64,000 bases of DNA from assembly GCF_009914755.1 (NCBI RefSeq), contig NC_060933.1. One strand, given 5' to 3'. Positions 61,262 to 64,000 of this stretch are shown here, in pieces. Under the pieces are notes generated by a model. That model had not been told where the DNA came from. It saw only the letters and a list, made by a program, of their open reading frames with translations, and did no database searches. The position numbers and the translations under genes were made by a program. The DNA is from the human T2T-CHM13v2.0 reference genome, Homo sapiens. The first letter of the stretch is position 1. The number at the start of each line of letters is the position of its first letter.

Positions 61262-63957
61262 GTAGGTTAAAAGTTGGATTTTATAATCTTGTAACAACAG
61301 ATTATGCCAATCTGATTAATTATTGATTGATTAAAACCAGTTTTATGGTTTTAATCCATAAAAATAAAAGCAATGGAGATGAGGTGATTTATCCCTCAGT
61401 CATCATCTTCAAAAAGCTAACCGAGAGTCCCTGGGGTTGAATATCTTGAGTTAAATCTTAATAGAACTTGAGCTTTGGTTTTATTAGCTGGACTTAGTTT
61501 GGTCTAGTTTGGAGAGGAAGTAGTTCAGAAATATAGATTTCAATCAAGATTGTTGTGAAAATTAAGTGAGATTATGCACGTGAAAGCTCTGTATAAATAT
61601 AAGTCATGAATTTTCAGGTAATTGTGAAAGTCACCTGGTTACCCTCAGACTTTTTGCTCTGCCATTTCCTTGTCTGTGCAATGCCTGACAGCTTCCAAGG
61701 GTTTGTAGGATAAAGTGAGCTACCATCTGGCTCCTCTCTGTATTTCCCAGTTTTTTCCTAGCCATTCTGGCAGAACTAGTTGCTCTGCCCTATACCTTCC
61801 ACCACACCCCCCCAGTTGAAATGGTTTCTGCCTATACAAATTCCACATACTGTTCCTCTTCATACTAACTGACGTCTAAGCTCTTATACCATTCATTGTT
61901 TATTCTTCTCTTTGTGAACTGAGTATTAAGAGCCAGAGATGGCTTGCTTTTTTTTTTGTCATTTTGGGTCACTTTTGGAGATAGACATTTCTCTACCTTG
62001 TTATTTTGGGCAGAGACTAAATCTTAGACTTCTAATTTGTGTTTTCACTGGGTGGCTTTGCCTAGTAGATGCTGGTTATCTTGCATGGCTACTTATGTCA
62101 GTAGAATGGTTTAAGAGCTCTTTCTAACCTATATGGCCTATCCACTTGCCTCTGGATATTGAAGTCTGTGATATTTCACTTTAAGGTTAAAGGCTCCTCC
62201 TCTTAAATTTAAAGATTTATGCCCAGAAGTATAACATTTTTCCTTTGATTTGTAACACAAACATCTTTTGCAGATTCTTCCTGTTCTCCTTCCACTTGTG
62301 CTATGGGAAACAAGTCAAGGCTTCTAATAATCATTGAGAAAAATCTTTATTGATTGACTACACCATCCACAAGAAAAAGAAACTTAATTTAAGAAGAATA
62401 GTTAACATGCTTGCTTGTTATTGACCAGTGGTAAACACACAAACACAAATATACAGCAGTTCTATGCCACAGAGAGTTAAGAATGAGGGAAGAGATGATA
62501 TATGAGGAGGCTGGGAAGAAGAGGAAAATGAGAGGGTGAAAAGAGAGGGAAAACATGGGAGAAGGTGGGGCTTATAGGTGAAGTTGCTCTAAATGTTGGA
62601 AATCCTGGATCTTCAGATGTCAGAGTATGTTAACACTATCCTTTGGCAGATATAATAGCTGTATAGAGCAGAGGCTTTCAAATGCATTTCAGCATTAGAA
62701 CTCTATTTTTGACATGAAATCTGCTGTGGATTCTTAGAGATGTAGCACAAATAAAATCAAAGTAGCTCTGGTTCAAGAAAAATTAGGGAGGCTCTTGACC
62801 CTCCAGCCTTCCCCACTCCATCTACACCTCAGCCCACACGTGGTTCCCCACTTTTGCCATCTCCTGAGGAACTCCAAAGGAGCACAGTTAGCAAACCACC
62901 TACTTAGAATGCATTTCTTGTCTGGTTTTGTTATAGGTTTTCCAAATTAATTCTTAAAATAAGAGTATATTTTTCTCTAAAATTGTTAAAGTTCAATCAT
63001 ATGTGAAATAGTTATTTCAGTATAGTTTTGTTATAGCAGTGTAATTTAGAGCTTCACAGGTTTCTGTTAATGATGTAGTAATCTGAAGGGAATCTTTAGA
63101 AAGAAGGTAACACATCTGCTTGACAAGCAATTCACAAAGGATCTGACAGAGGGAGCTCAATACCTTCAAAATAACTCCTTCCACAGTCAGAGAAGTGTTG
63201 AAATATTTCTCTTGCTATTAAATTTCTAAGTTGCTTCCTTACAGTGTCTATGAAAGTGGTTTTTCACGCACCTGAAGGATATAACATATTCCTATTATTA
63301 ACAGTGCCTTACTCCAGCAGTCATTTTCATTGGGAGTTAGGTAGAAGGAAATGATGAGGCATAGTAGAGTCTATGATTGGCAATGTCTCCCATCCCTTGT
63401 TTTGACATGCCTTTATGTGAGGTGTCCTTTCTTACCTCCAACATTTTATTTTTTGTTTATAGTGTTGTTATTGCAGGTGCTTAAGTCCTGATCTTTTTAT
63501 TTGCTTAAAAGGCAATCCTCATGGCTTCCAAGTATTTCCTTCTCTGGACCAGAAAGCACCAGGACCAATGAGAGGAGAATTGTTACCTTTTACCTTTCTA
63601 GAGTCCTTTCATGTCACATAACTTTGGTTCTTACTTAAATAAAGAGCTTTCTGAGATGTAAGATCCAAATAAAAGAACCCCTAGTCAGCTTCTATGCCTT
63701 AGCCTTAGGTCAGTGACAATTACTGCTGTGGGAACTTGGATCTTTTGTTCTATTTATACCCTTTCCCCACACCTTCACCCCGCCAAAACTCACACACCAT
63801 ACATTGGGGAGTACCACGCTCTTTAACATATGGTAGCATAAGGGGCAGACTAAGGAATGACGGCATGGGAGGTGGCTGCCAGAAATAAAAAGCTTTGATG
63901 AACTGCCTTAGTTTTTTGATAATACAAATCCCACATCCTCATTTTCTTATATCTCAG

Positions 63958-64000
63958 GAGTTTCACCACGAAATAGTCTTGAAGTCGTAACCCCTGAAGT
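63958..64000 (+). CDS. DCAF10: DCAF10 coding exon 6 (partial, runs off the window)
   Basis: Polypyrimidine tract plus atctcag| acceptor; (G)VSPRNSLEVVTPEV in frame with exon 5. Confidence 0.88.

Noticed and set aside
63955-63960. CAGGAG tandem (NAGNAG) acceptor at exon 6
   Set aside because: GAG is rarely used as a distal acceptor; no evidence from sequence alone.

Overview
Human genomic DNA: it is Alu/L1-dense and carries a human-specific AluYb8. The window holds the CpG-island promoter and coding exons 1-5, plus the start of exon 6, of DCAF10/WDR32 (CUL4-DDB1 substrate receptor, WD40 protein) on the + strand. The spliced CDS is join(4598..5136,23193..23306,45994..46191,58690..58892,61151..61261,63958..>64000), with GT-AG introns and matching phases throughout. 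Almost all other ORFs in the track are Alu/L1 shadow frames. Intron 2 contains a processed MRPS10 pseudogene with a twin-priming 5' inversion and a 15-bp TSD, and an old L1PA insertion whose 16-bp TSD encloses about 1.4 kb of extra sequence, consistent with a fossil 3' transduction. The most unusual signal is a set of locally templated insertions in the introns. These are a 37-bp-arm fold-back hairpin at about 7.95-8.07 kb, a TSD-flanked 131-bp self-copy of intron 3, a 250-bp L1/(TA)n copy pasted into an Alu with microhomology, and smaller snap-backs. Several target sites were also hit twice by retroelements. I found no new protein-coding system, CRISPR array or recognisable tRNA/rRNA gene. 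Repeat family names are by eye from remembered consensus sequences, not from RepeatMasker.
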